Notes: generated by a model not told the origin, from the sequence alone. A stretch of 64,000 bases of DNA from Myxococcales bacterium UBA1660 (GCA_002320815.1 DCLA01000086.1:2330-66329), one strand, 5' to 3'. Counted from the stretch's first letter, positions 17,440 through 30,546 are shown. Program-made: numbers and translations.

Positions 17440-18681
17440 CTACTCCGCGTCGGGGAGCGGGTCGGCGTCGCCGTAGAGGAAGGCCTCGAGCTCGTCCTTG
17501 CGCTTCTTGGCGTCGGCGCGGCCCAGGGCGATCAGCTCTCGGGCGTAGGAGCCGTCGAAGAGGAGGTAGCTGGCCAAGTCGGCGTCGCCGCCTTCGCCCA
17601 CGTCGAGGAGCTTCAGGAACTGGCGACCCAGGGTGGCGCCGAAGCGCAGCCGGTTCCGGTTCAGGTGGTCCGAGGCGATGTGCCCGAGGTCCACGCTGGG
17701 GTGGATGCTGAAGGCCTGGAGGATCCGGCGCGCCGGCTCCCCGCGCTCGGCGGCCACCGCATTCATCTTGTCGATGAACTCGTCGCCGAAGGCGGCGATG
17801 CCGTCCTGGAGCAGTCCGTTGACCTTGTGGAGCTCGAGGAGGTCGGCGTTCAGGTGGTCGATGAGGAAGGCGTTCAGGACCTTGCCGAGGAGGAAGGGCG
17901 CCCCCGGGAAGAGCCCCGGGGTGAGCCCCGCCAGGCCGTCGCCGTGGGGGTCCGAGCAGCCGACCACGAAGAGCCGGTCGGCGCCCAGGTGGATCGCGGG
18001 CGCCAGCGGCGTGTTGAGCCGGAGACCCCCGTCGCAGTGCAGGTGCTGGTTGATGGGGATGGGCGCGAAGATCAGCGGGATGGCCGCCGAGGCCAGCACG
18101 TGGGCCGGGCCGATGCGCTGGCCGCGGATCTGCACCTGGGGGCTGAAGGGCGCCGGCAGCGGCAGGTCCCGGCGCTGGTCGATGAAGACCGTGGGCTGCC
18201 CGGTGGCGACCTTGGTGGCGGAGACGCTCAGGGCGTCCAGGTGGCCGCGGCGGATGTTGCGCGCCAGGCGGCGCCAGTCGATGCCCTCGCCCACGAGCTG
18301 CACCAGCGGCGTCGCGTCGAAGATGCCGGTGGCGCGCCGCCCGCCGAGGAGGACCCGATGGAGCGCGACGGCCTGGCGGACCCCGAAGGTGATCACGTCC
18401 GCGAGCTGCAGCTCCGACCAGAGGGTCTCCAGCTTGGCCACGCCGCGGGCCACGTCGTCGGCGGCGGAGGCCAGGAAGGCCCCGTTGACCGCGCCCACGC
18501 TGGTGCCGGCGATGACGCGGACGGGCGGCGGGTGGCCCACCCGTTTGACGATGTCCCCGAAGGCGTAGGTGAGGACCCCGACCTCGTAGGCGCCCCGGGA
18601 CCCGCCGCCGGAGAGCACCACGCCCAGCTTGGACCCCGGGCTGGGCGGCGGGGGGAAGGAGCTCTGGTCGGGCAGCCTCAT
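17440..18681 (-). CDS. Patatin-like phospholipase (413 aa)
   Basis: LSGGGSRGAY, nucleophile GTSVG and DGG; the ATG at 18681 overlaps the upstream stop (ATGA). Confidence 0.92.
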   Translation of the reverse strand: MRLPDQSSFPPPPSPGSKLGVVLSGGGSRGAYEVGVLTYAFGDIVKRVGHPPPVRVIAGTSVGAVNGAFLASAADDVARGVAKLETLWSELQLADVITFGVRQAVALHRVLLGGRRATGIFDATPLVQLVGEGIDWRRLARNIRRGHLDALSVSATKVATGQPTVFIDQRRDLPLPAPFSPQVQIRGQRIGPAHVLASAAIPLIFAPIPINQHLHCDGGLRLNTPLAPAIHLGADRLFVVGCSDPHGDGLAGLTPGLFPGAPFLLGKVLNAFLIDHLNADLLELHKVNGLLQDGIAAFGDEFIDKMNAVAAERGEPARRILQAFSIHPSVDLGHIASDHLNRNRLRFGATLGRQFLKLLDVGEGGDADLASYLLFDGSYARELIALGRADAKKRKDELEAFLYGDADPLPDAE

Positions 18682-21600
18682 GCGCGCAGGATGGCCCGGG
18701 CGTCGCTGGTGGTCAGGAAACGTTCCCGGATGGCTTCGCTGCGGATGGCTTCTGCCTTGGCGCGGAGCACGGCTTCGGCCTTCTCGTGGGCGTCCCGGGC
18801 CTCGTCCTCGGTGCCGTAGACGTCGAGGGCCTCCGCCACCAGGAGCCAGAGTCGCTCGGCCCGCTCCACGGTCGCGCCCTCGTGGAGGCGGCTGACCACC
18901 TCCCGCGCGACGCTGGCCGCGTCGGGGTCTTCGCTGGCGGCCTTCACCGCGGCGAGGCGGGCGAGGGCGTGGAGCTCGAAGCCGACCAACCCCTCGCGAC
19001 GTGCGGCCTCGATGGTGGCCCGGCAGGCCTCGGCGGCCCGGCCCCAGCGGCGGCTGGCGTGCTCGAGCTGGGCCCGGACCAGCCGCTCCCGGGCGATCTC
19101 GTAGTGGCTGCCGAGCCGCGCGGCGATGCGCTTGGCCTGGTCCAGGGGCACCGCCGCGGCGCTGGGCTCCTCGCCCTTCTCCAGCATCATCTCGGCGATG
19201 GCGGAGAGCGCGTCGCAGCGGCCAGCGCGATCGTCGACCGCCTCGAAGACGTCCAGGGCCCGCTGCACGAAGGCCAGGCCGGCCTCCTGGTCGCCCAGGG
19301 TGTCGTAGAGCTGACCCACGTTGCTCAGCTTGCGGCCCAGCCGGAGCCGGTCGCCGGTCTCGCGGTCGATGTGGATCGACGCGCGGAAGACCACGATGGC
19401 GTCCTCGTAGAGCCCGTTGGCCGTGAGGGCGACCCCCAGGGAGCTGAGCGCGAAGGCCTCGCTCCGCCGGATGCCCAGCCGCCGGAAGATGACGATGGCC
19501 TCGGAGTAGGCGGTGAAGGCCTCCTCGGCGCGGCCGGCGCGGCGGAGGAGGATGCCCTTCTGGATGAGCACGTGGGCCCGCTTGTCGAAGAGCTCCCGGC
19601 TCGTCCCGGCGCGGTCCAGGGCCTCCTCGCAGGCCTCCAGGGCCGCGGCGGGATCTCCCTGGTTGCGGGCGAGCTCGGCGCGGAGCCGCAGCGCGTCGAG
19701 CTCCAGGGAGCGATCCCCGCTCGCGTGGGCGGCTTCGATCGCGTCCGGGAGGATCTCGTCGACGGCGTCGTAGCGGGCGGCGTCGAGCTCGAAGCGCGCC
19801 AAGCGGAGCAGCGCGGTGGCCCGGCGCCGCGGCCCGCCGTGGCGGCGCGCGATGGTGCGCATGGCCTCCAGCTCGATGGCCTGTTCGTTGGGGCGGCCGA
19901 GGAAGCGGAGGATCTGCTCGCGGCCGGCGTGGGCGCGGAAGCGGGAGTCGTAGTCGTCGGGCGCCAGGAGCTGGAGGGAGCGTCCGAAGAAGCGCAGCGC
20001 CTCTCGGTTGGAGTAGACGGCGCGGGCGGCGTCGGCGGCCTCGAGGTAGGCCCGGGCCGCCGCGGCCCGCTCGCCGGCCTGCTCCAGGTGGCGCGCGATG
20101 CGACCCGGCGCCGCCGGGCGCTCGCCATCGTGGAGGTGCTGGGCGATCCGGCGGTGCATCCGGATGCGGTCGTCGATGTCGGCGCCCTCGTAGGCCACCT
20201 GGCGGATCACCGCGCTGGCGAAGTCGAGCACCCCCCCGGGGCGCTCCTGGACCAACCCGCGGTCGATGAGACCGCCGACGGCTTCGTCGAGCTCCAGCCC
20301 GGCGAGCTGACCCAGCTCGTTCTGCCGGAGACCCTTGCCGGCCACCGAGAGCCAGCGGAGCGCCAGGCGCTCGCGGTCGTCGAGCTCGTCGAGGCGCGCG
20401 GCGACGACGCCCTCCAGGGTGGTGGGGAGCTGGATGGCGACCCCCGGTCGCCGCACGACCCGGCGCTGGTCCCCGCGGTCGGCGACCTCGACGGCGCCCC
20501 GCTCGAGGAGCGCGTCCACCAGCTCGTTGACGAAGAAGGGGTTCCCCGAGGCCCGGGTCATGATGGCGGCCACCACGTCTTCGGGGACCTCGGCGTCGAA
20601 GCGCTCGGCGATCAGCGCGCGGGTGGACTCCTCGCCCAGGCCGCGGAGCTCGAACTGGGGCATCCCGCGCAGGAGCGGCTGCAGGCGCTCCTCGGGCCGG
20701 GTGCTCATCAGGACCAGGCAGGGCACCTCGTAGCTCCGCTGCCGCATCGCGCCGAGGAGCTCCAGGGACGGGGTGTCGCCCCACTGGAGGTTGTCGATCC
20801 AGATGACCAGCGGGTGCTCCTTGGTCATCCCGGCTACGAGGAGCTCCAAGCCCCGGGTGACCAGGCGGACGTCGCCCTCGCCGCCCTCGTTGGCCAGACC
20901 CAGGAGCGGCCGGAGGCGCTCGCCGGCCAGGCGCGCCATCTCGCCCGGGAGCACCCGCTTCAGCAGCGCGTCGAGGAGCTCGCCGGCTTCTTCGGGGGAG
21001 GCGTCGTCGGCGATCTCGGCGGCGTCGCGGACCAGATCGGCCACCGCGGCGAAGGGCACGTCCGAGGACCCGAAGGTGCATTCGGTGCGCAGGATACGCG
21101 GCTCGGGTTCGTCCAGGGTCCCCAGGGCGGCGCCCAGGAGCGAGGTCTTGCCCACGCCGAGCTCTCCGGTGAAGCACGCGAAGATCGTCTTCTTCGTCTC
21201 CACCGCGTCTTCGTAGAGCTCGCGGACGATGCGGACTTCGTCGTCGCGGCCCACCAGGGGCAGCTCGCCGACGGGCATCTCCGCCTGACGCTCCTCGCGG
21301 GTGCGCGCGCTCCGGAGGGCCCACGCGGTCATCGCCTGGGGCGCCGCGCCAGCCTCGGTGCGCACGTCGACCTCGCGGGTCTCGGGCTCGAAGGCGTAGT
21401 CGCGCCGGGCCAATCGATAGACCTCGCCGGCCACCAGGACCTCGGCGGGATCGCCCACGTCGGCCAGACCCTCGGCCACCTCGATGACGGCGCCGATGGG
21501 CGAGTAGCGCAAGAGGCGCCCCTGGGCGTCGCGCACCGTGGAGACGGTGCCGCGGCTGAGCCCGAGGGACGCGGAGATCGGCGTGAGGAGGTCGGCGCTG

Positions 21601-22871
21601 AGGCCGCTGAGGGCCTCGACGGTGTCGGTGGCGATGCGCACCGCCTCCAGCGGGTCGTTCACCGAGGCCTTGCCCAGACCGACGATGAAGCGGAAGCGAC
21701 CGCGCCCCGGGCCCTCGGGCCAGGAGAGGACCGCGTCGGTCTTGTAGGCGATGTCCGCCAGGACCTTGGCCACCTCGGTGCCGGCGTCGACGCTGGCGTC
21801 GGCGCTGGTGCCCTCGCCCCGGAAGCGCCCGGCGACGACCACGACCAGTCGGCGCTCCTTGATCTCGCCGGTGCCCGCGCGGGATTGGACCGTGGCTTCG
21901 TTGCGGGTGAAGGCCCGCGCGCGCTTCAGACCCTCGGGGCTGGTCTGTTCCCGGGGCGCGATCTCGTCGATGAAGAGCTCGAGGGCCTCGGCGTCCCAGA
22001 CCTGCTCCTCGTTGTGCAGGTACTGGGCGAGGGCGCCGGCTAGGGAGCGCGCCGTCTGGTAGCGCTCCTCGCGATCGGCCGAGGTCGCCCGGCGCACGAT
22101 GCGGTCCAGGGCGGCGGGGATGGTCGAGTCCACCTCGCTGGGCAGGGTCCGCTGGGCCACCCGGACGGCCTCGAGCACGTCGAGGCCCTGGCGGCCGGGG
22201 TACATCACCCGCCCCATCAGGAGCTCGGCGAAGAGGATGCCCAGCGAGTAGACGTCGCTGCGCCGGTCGACCTTGTCGCCCCGGGCCTGCTCCGGGGACA
22301 TGTAGGCGAACTTGCCCTTGATGACCCCGGTCTCCTCGGAGACCAGCCGCGCCTTGGCGATGCCGAAGTCGGCCACCTTCACCACGCCCTCGTAGGTGAG
22401 CAGCACGTTCTGGGGGCTCACGTCGCGGTGGACGATCTCCATCGGGACCCCGGAGCCGTCCTTGCGCTTGTGGGCGTAGTCGAGGCCCTTGGCGACCTCC
22501 ATGATCAGGTAGGCCGCGAGCCCCGGGGGGATCTTCACGTTCTTGCGGCGGGCGGCGGTGACCAGGCGACCCAGGTCGAGGCCGTCGACGAGCTCCATCG
22601 CCAGGAGGAACTCCCCCTGGGACTGCTCGAAGGCGTAGACCTGCACGATGTTCGGGTGGTTGAGCCGCATCGCGACCTTCGCCTCGTCGACGAACATCGT
22701 GATGAACTTGCTGCTCCGGGCGAAGCTGGGCAGGACCCGCTTGAGCACGAGGAGCTTCTCGATGCCCTCGGCGCCGGTGGACTTCGCCAGGAAGACCTCG
22801 GCCATCCCGCCGGCGCCGATGCGCCGCAGGATGCGGTAGCGCCCCAACTGTTCTGGGAGGTCCTTGGCCAC
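18678..22871 (-). CDS. Ser/Thr kinase - degenerate class III cyclase - STAND/AAA_16 NTPase - TPR protein
   Basis: GAGGMA, HRDVSPQN, DFG; cyclase-like ERRLVVVVAG and YSPIGAVIEVAEGL; Walker A GELGVGKT, Walker B IWIDNLQW, GNPFF; TPR-like C-terminus; GTG start at 22871 chosen. Confidence 0.9.
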   Translation of the reverse strand: MAKDLPEQLGRYRILRRIGAGGMAEVFLAKSTGAEGIEKLLVLKRVLPSFARSSKFITMFVDEAKVAMRLNHPNIVQVYAFEQSQGEFLLAMELVDGLDLGRLVTAARRKNVKIPPGLAAYLIMEVAKGLDYAHKRKDGSGVPMEIVHRDVSPQNVLLTYEGVVKVADFGIAKARLVSEETGVIKGKFAYMSPEQARGDKVDRRSDVYSLGILFAELLMGRVMYPGRQGLDVLEAVRVAQRTLPSEVDSTIPAALDRIVRRATSADREERYQTARSLAGALAQYLHNEEQVWDAEALELFIDEIAPREQTSPEGLKRARAFTRNEATVQSRAGTGEIKERRLVVVVAGRFRGEGTSADASVDAGTEVAKVLADIAYKTDAVLSWPEGPGRGRFRFIVGLGKASVNDPLEAVRIATDTVEALSGLSADLLTPISASLGLSRGTVSTVRDAQGRLLRYSPIGAVIEVAEGLADVGDPAEVLVAGEVYRLARRDYAFEPETREVDVRTEAGAAPQAMTAWALRSARTREERQAEMPVGELPLVGRDDEVRIVRELYEDAVETKKTIFACFTGELGVGKTSLLGAALGTLDEPEPRILRTECTFGSSDVPFAAVADLVRDAAEIADDASPEEAGELLDALLKRVLPGEMARLAGERLRPLLGLANEGGEGDVRLVTRGLELLVAGMTKEHPLVIWIDNLQWGDTPSLELLGAMRQRSYEVPCLVLMSTRPEERLQPLLRGMPQFELRGLGEESTRALIAERFDAEVPEDVVAAIMTRASGNPFFVNELVDALLERGAVEVADRGDQRRVVRRPGVAIQLPTTLEGVVAARLDELDDRERLALRWLSVAGKGLRQNELGQLAGLELDEAVGGLIDRGLVQERPGGVLDFASAVIRQVAYEGADIDDRIRMHRRIAQHLHDGERPAAPGRIARHLEQAGERAAAARAYLEAADAARAVYSNREALRFFGRSLQLLAPDDYDSRFRAHAGREQILRFLGRPNEQAIELEAMRTIARRHGGPRRRATALLRLARFELDAARYDAVDEILPDAIEAAHASGDRSLELDALRLRAELARNQGDPAAALEACEEALDRAGTSRELFDKRAHVLIQKGILLRRAGRAEEAFTAYSEAIVIFRRLGIRRSEAFALSSLGVALTANGLYEDAIVVFRASIHIDRETGDRLRLGRKLSNVGQLYDTLGDQEAGLAFVQRALDVFEAVDDRAGRCDALSAIAEMMLEKGEEPSAAAVPLDQAKRIAARLGSHYEIARERLVRAQLEHASRRWGRAAEACRATIEAARREGLVGFELHALARLAAVKAASEDPDAASVAREVVSRLHEGATVERAERLWLLVAEALDVYGTEDEARDAHEKAEAVLRAKAEAIRSEAIRERFLTTSDARAILRA

Positions 22872-23003
22872 GGGCGCGCATGATGCCAAAAATTCACTTG
22901 GTTGGGGGGATCCCGCTGCATCGACGTGCTCCCACGACGTGCGGCCTCACCCGTTTTGGGTAGCCTGGACGATTGCTCGTTACACCTTAGAATGGTGACC
23001 CGC

Positions 23004-23444
23004 ATGTCCCTCCCTGCCCGCGCGTCCGTTCTCCACGAGACGCCTTTCCACCGCCTGACCGACCACGGCAGCTACCTGGAGCTCGTCCGCTCCGCCGAGC
23101 CGTACCCCGATCTGGCGGCGCTGGAGGCGGAGTATCGCGCGCTGGTCGCGACCCAGGCCTCCTTCCGAGAGGGGCGCCGAGGGCTGCTGGTGGACCTGCG
23201 GGAGGCCAAGGGTCGCAACGATCCCGCCTTCGAGGAGACCCTGGGCCGCTGGCGCAAGCAGAGCCTCCTGGGCTTCACCCCCTTGGTGATCCTGGTGAAA
23301 AGCGCCCTCGGGAAGATGCACGTCGAGCGGCACATGCGCGCCGACGGGCTGGACGCGATGGTCTCGGACCACGAAGAGGACGCCCGGGGTTCGTTCCGGC
23401 TCAGCGGCATCCAGCGCCGCGTGGTCCTCGAAGACCTCGAGTAG
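23004..23444 (+). CDS. STAS/SpoIIAA-like hypothetical protein
   Basis: LLVDLREAKGRNDPAFE...VILVKSALGKMHVERH pattern; TAGAAT -10 box 10 nt upstream. Confidence 0.65.
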   Translation: MSLPARASVLHETPFHRLTDHGSYLELVRSAEPYPDLAALEAEYRALVATQASFREGRRGLLVDLREAKGRNDPAFEETLGRWRKQSLLGFTPLVILVKSALGKMHVERHMRADGLDAMVSDHEEDARGSFRLSGIQRRVVLEDLE

Positions 23445-23485
23445 CCGGCCGCCGAGCGGCCGTCATGGACACGCGGGTGGCCCGC

Positions 23486-24190
23486 TCAGGAGCGGCCGTA
23501 GACGGGCACCAGCGCGCCGCGAGTGACCGCGTTGGCGGGCGACGCCAGGAAGACGATGGTCCGCGCGACCTCCTCGACCTTGGGCCACGCCTCGGGGTCG
23601 GCGTCGGGCATGGACTCCCGGTTGGCCGCGGTGTCCATCACCGAAGGCACCACCGCGTTGACCCAGATGCGGCGCCCGGCGAGCTCCTCGGCGAGCCCCT
23701 GGGTCAGGGCGGCCACGGCGGCCTTGGTCGCGGCATAGGTGACCAGGTCGGCGGTGGGGACCAACGCCGGCTTGGCGGCCACGTTGACGATGCGGCCGCC
23801 GTCGTCGCCCATGCGGCGCGCCGCTTCGCGGCAGCAGAGCCAGGTGGTGCGCAGGTTCATGGCGATCATCCGGTCCAGGTCGGCGAGCTCCGCGCCGACC
23901 AAGGGGCCCCAGACGAACCCCCCGGCGAGATGGATGCTGGCCCAGGGCGCGGCGCCGACCCCGTCGTAGAAGTCGCCGACCGAGGTCTCGTCGGTGAGAT
24001 CGACGCCCGCGGTGACTCGGACCCCGCGCTCGGCCCAGGGCGCCAAGCGCGCGGCGTCGGAGTCGCCGTGCGCGGGGACGTGGACCTCCGCGCCCCCCTC
24101 CAGGAGGGCCTCACACACCGCCAGGCCCAGGGCCCCACCGCCGCCGGTGACGATCACCGGCCACTGCTCGAAGGAGTTCGCGTCGCTCAC
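23486..24190 (-). CDS. SDR family oxidoreductase
   Basis: VTGGGGALG, YAATK, NAVVP. Confidence 0.92.
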   Translation of the reverse strand: MSDANSFEQWPVIVTGGGGALGLAVCEALLEGGAEVHVPAHGDSDAARLAPWAERGVRVTAGVDLTDETSVGDFYDGVGAAPWASIHLAGGFVWGPLVGAELADLDRMIAMNLRTTWLCCREAARRMGDDGGRIVNVAAKPALVPTADLVTYAATKAAVAALTQGLAEELAGRRIWVNAVVPSVMDTAANRESMPDADPEAWPKVEEVARTIVFLASPANAVTRGALVPVYGRS

Positions 24191-24240
24191 GGGCCGGAGG
24201 GTGCCACACGCGAGACTCGACGGGGGAGGGCGCGGGCCCC

Positions 24241-25437
24241 ATGAGTATCCCCGTGGCAGCGCATCAGGTCGTCTTGATCCCCGGCTTCTTCGGCTTCGAG
24301 GCCCTGGGAGAGCTGCGCTATTTCGCCGGGGTCGCCCGGACCCTGGAGTCCGCGCTGAAGGCTCGCGGCCTGGACGCCGACGTCGTCGAGCTGCCCACCT
24401 TGCCCACGGCGTCGATCCGGCACCGCGCCGCGTCCGTGCTCGACCGGGTGGGGGCGCTGGTCGCGCGGACCACGGGCCCGCTGCACCTCATCGGTCACTC
24501 CACCGGTGGCCTCGACGCCCGGCTGGCCCTGGCGCCCACCGCGTCGTTGCCTTCGGAGCAGGCCCAGAAGGCGATCTTCGAGCGGGTCCAGACGGTGGTG
24601 ACGGTGTCCACGCCGCACCTCGGGACCCCGCTGGCCTCGTTCTTCGCCAGCGCCGCCGGCAAGCCCCTGCTCCGGGTCTTCGCCCTGACCATGGGCGCCC
24701 TGCTGCAGGAGCGGCGGCTCCCCCTGAACATTGCGCTGGGCCTGGGCCGCTTGCTCACCCGCGCCGACGACCTGCTGGGGCTGCGCAACACCACCGTGGA
24801 CGAGCTCTACCGCGGCCTGCTCTCCGACTTCGGCAGCGAGCGGCGGGAGGCCATCGCCGAGATGCTCGAGCAGATCGCCTCCGACCAGTCGCTGATCTTC
24901 CAGCTCACGCCGGCGGCGGTCGACCTCTTCAACTCGGCTACGGCGGACCCCGAGGGCGTCCGCTACGGCTCGGTGGTGACCCGGGCTCGCTCGCCCGGGC
25001 TGGCCTCGATGCGCGACATCGGCCGCGACGTCTACGCCCAGGGCCTCCACGGGCTCTTCGCCGGGCTCTACGCGCTCTCGGGCCGTCACGTGGAGACTCC
25101 GCTGCTCCCCGCGCACCAGGAAGCCCTCGAGCGCATCTACGGCGAGGTGCCGCCGGTGCGCGCCAACGACGGCATCGTGCCCACCCGCTCCCAGGTCTGG
25201 GGCGAGGTGATCACCGGCACCATGGGAGACCACCTGGACCTGGTGGGTCACTACCGCACCGAGCGCGAGGGCTTCAGCAGCGACTGGCTGCCCTCCTCGA
25301 GCGGCTTCGACGACGAGGACTTCGACCGCGTCTGGGGCGAGGTCGCGCGCTTCATCGCCGAAGACCGGGTGGTCGACCGACAGGACCCCGCCGTCCGCGG
25401 GCTCCCCGCGAACGACGCCGCCGCCGAGAAGCAGTAG
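24241..25437 (+). CDS. Alpha/beta-hydrolase, triacylglycerol lipase-like
   Basis: LIPGFFG, GHSTGG, TPHLGT, NDGIVP and DHLDLVG triad motifs. Confidence 0.85.
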   Translation: MSIPVAAHQVVLIPGFFGFEALGELRYFAGVARTLESALKARGLDADVVELPTLPTASIRHRAASVLDRVGALVARTTGPLHLIGHSTGGLDARLALAPTASLPSEQAQKAIFERVQTVVTVSTPHLGTPLASFFASAAGKPLLRVFALTMGALLQERRLPLNIALGLGRLLTRADDLLGLRNTTVDELYRGLLSDFGSERREAIAEMLEQIASDQSLIFQLTPAAVDLFNSATADPEGVRYGSVVTRARSPGLASMRDIGRDVYAQGLHGLFAGLYALSGRHVETPLLPAHQEALERIYGEVPPVRANDGIVPTRSQVWGEVITGTMGDHLDLVGHYRTEREGFSSDWLPSSSGFDDEDFDRVWGEVARFIAEDRVVDRQDPAVRGLPANDAAAEKQ

Positions 25438-25531
25438 GCGGCGCGGCCGCGGCGGTCGGGCGGTGCGCTGTTCGGTGCAGCGGCCGGCGCGGCGGTCGGC
25501 CGGTGGCGCTTTCGGAGGGGCTCCGGCGAGC

Positions 25532-26617
<1,086 letters not shown>

Positions 26618-26663
26618 CGGCGGCGAGCCTAGGCAATCGCGGCCGCGGCGGGAAAAAACCGGT

Positions 26664-27251
26664 TCAGCGGGTCGGCTGGGGCGCCGCGGGGCTCACGGCG
26701 TTCTGGCCGAGGCGCAGCAAGACGGCGACCCCCAGGGTCACGGCGGCATAGACGTAGATCAGCGTGGCCACCGGGCCCGGAGCGGGGCGCGCCATGGAGA
26801 CCAGGCAGAGCACCAGGACCGCCCAGAGCATCACGTAGAACGTGGAGCGGACGACCACCCGCCGGGCGTCGTGCTCGGTCGCCAGGAGGAGCCCACCGGC
26901 GCGAATGGCCTTGATGCCCGCGCTCATCGAGAGCCCGGCGACGATCATGGAGACCAGCGCGGTGGTGCCGTCGCCGCCCAGGGGCTGGGTGTGCATGGCC
27001 AAGACGGCCAGGACGACCGGCGCCAGGGTCGCCGGGAAGCTGAGGATCCCGTAGACGATGGCCAGGGGGCTGGCGACTCGCGCCAGGATCGGGGCCGGAT
27101 CGCCGAGGCGAGCGAAGCCTCGCTGGATCACGCTGGCGCCCGGGGCCTGCTCCTCGGCGGCGAAGCGATCTTCTCGGCGCGACTGCCAGACGTCGAAGGC
27201 CAACAGAGCCACGCCGGCCACGAGGGCCAAGCCGAGCAGGACGATGGACAC
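26664..27251 (-). CDS. Hypothetical membrane protein
   Basis: 195-aa ORF with about 5 hydrophobic segments. Confidence 0.6.
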   Translation of the reverse strand: MSIVLLGLALVAGVALLAFDVWQSRREDRFAAEEQAPGASVIQRGFARLGDPAPILARVASPLAIVYGILSFPATLAPVVLAVLAMHTQPLGGDGTTALVSMIVAGLSMSAGIKAIRAGGLLLATEHDARRVVVRSTFYVMLWAVLVLCLVSMARPAPGPVATLIYVYAAVTLGVAVLLRLGQNAVSPAAPQPTR

Positions 27252-27293
27252 GCCAGCGTCCTACTACAGCGCGCCGCGGCCCACCAGGGAACG

Positions 27294-27447
27294 GGGACGA
27301 TCGTCGTCATTGTCGTCATTTCGCCTCCCCCCGCCCTCGGATCCAAATGACGACAATGACGACGATCGCCCCCGCCCTCGGATCCAAATGACGACAATGA
27401 CGACGATCGTCCCTGGGTCGAATGACGACGATGACGACGATCGTCCC
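27294..27447. repeat. Cluster of four 27-bp repeats (one inverted, three direct), REP/BIME-like
   Basis: Unit AATGACGACAATGACGACGATCGTCCC at 27346, 27387 and 27421 (0-1 mismatch) and as reverse complement at 27294-27320. Confidence 0.85.
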
Positions 27448-27516
27448 TGGGGTTGATGGTGGGGGTGGTGGGTGTGTAAGTTTCCTGGGGCGCGGGGGTG
27501 CGCCAAGGGGAACGAG

Positions 27517-28410
27517 ATGAAGCGCTGGGGGAAGCGATTGGCGATCGGGCTGGGGGTCCTGTTGGGGCTCGGAGCGATCGCGTTGGGGATCACGGTGGCC
27601 ATCAGCCACTCGCTGCAGGGGGAGACCTACGTGCTGGCGCTGGACGAGCTCCAGGTGCCCACGGATCCAGCGGCGCTCGCCGAGGGCGAGCGGCTCTATG
27701 CCTCCCGCGGCTGTGCCGAGTGCCACGGGGCCGACGGGAGCGGCGCGGTGATCATGGACGGGCCACCGGCTCGCGTCGCCGGGTCCAACCTGACCCGGCT
27801 CGGCGCGGACTACGACACCGTCGCCTTCGACGCCGCCGTGCGCCACGGCGTCGGCACCGACGGCCGGCCGCTCATCTTCATGCCCGCCCACGAGTACTAC
27901 GTCGCCCTCAGCGACGCCGACGTGGCCAAGATCTTCGCCCACGTGCGCTCGCTCCCGGAGGTCGCCGAGCCCGCGGTGCCGAGCGAGGTCCGCCTTCTCG
28001 GCCGGGTGCTCCACGTCACCGGGGCGATGCACATGTTCCCCGCCGAGCTCATCGACCACGAGGCGCCCCACCCCGACGCGATCGAGCCCGCGCCCACCGC
28101 GGCCTATGGCGAGCGGCTGGCGGCGGCCTGCACCGGGTGCCACGGCGAGGGCTTCAGCGGGGGCCCGATCCCCGGCGCGCCGCCGGAGCTGGGGACCCCC
28201 AAGAACCTGACCCCCCACGCCAGCGGTCTGGCCGAGTGGGATCGCGACGACTTCTTCGTGGCCATGCGCGACGGCCGCAGCCGGGACGGCGCCGCGATGA
28301 ACGCCGAGCAGATGCCCTATCCGGTCTTCGCCCGCATGACCGACGTCGAGCTCGACGCCCTCTGGAGCTACCTCCAGGACGTCCCGCCGCGCCCCTTCGG
28401 CGAGCGTTGA
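27517..28410 (+). CDS. Membrane-anchored diheme cytochrome c
   Basis: N-terminal TM helix; CAECH and CTGCH; NLT and MP motifs. Confidence 0.9.
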   Translation: MKRWGKRLAIGLGVLLGLGAIALGITVAISHSLQGETYVLALDELQVPTDPAALAEGERLYASRGCAECHGADGSGAVIMDGPPARVAGSNLTRLGADYDTVAFDAAVRHGVGTDGRPLIFMPAHEYYVALSDADVAKIFAHVRSLPEVAEPAVPSEVRLLGRVLHVTGAMHMFPAELIDHEAPHPDAIEPAPTAAYGERLAAACTGCHGEGFSGGPIPGAPPELGTPKNLTPHASGLAEWDRDDFFVAMRDGRSRDGAAMNAEQMPYPVFARMTDVELDALWSYLQDVPPRPFGER

Positions 28411-28460
28411 GAGCGCGGGGGCGTTGAAGCCGGCCGCGGGGCGTACTACGTCCTGAGTCC

Positions 28461-30515
<2,055 letters not shown>

Positions 30516-30546
30516 ACCCCAGGGCACGAGCACGATAGATCGGGTC

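Noticed and set aside
17440-22881. 1813-aa ORF suggesting a giant or frameshift fusion with the patatin
   Set aside because: The upstream 1400 codons are an Arg/Pro/Gly-rich off-frame shadow of the kinase gene; the patatin has its own ATG in an ATGA overlap and no slippery site is evident
22873-22889. sigma54-like TGGCAT-N5-GCGC before the STAND kinase
   Set aside because: The -12 match is poor and the start site would fall inside the CDS; a CATCAT -10 box fits better
27294-27447. Mini CRISPR array
   Set aside because: The spacers are only 7-25 nt and partly identical, one repeat is inverted, and no cas genes are present
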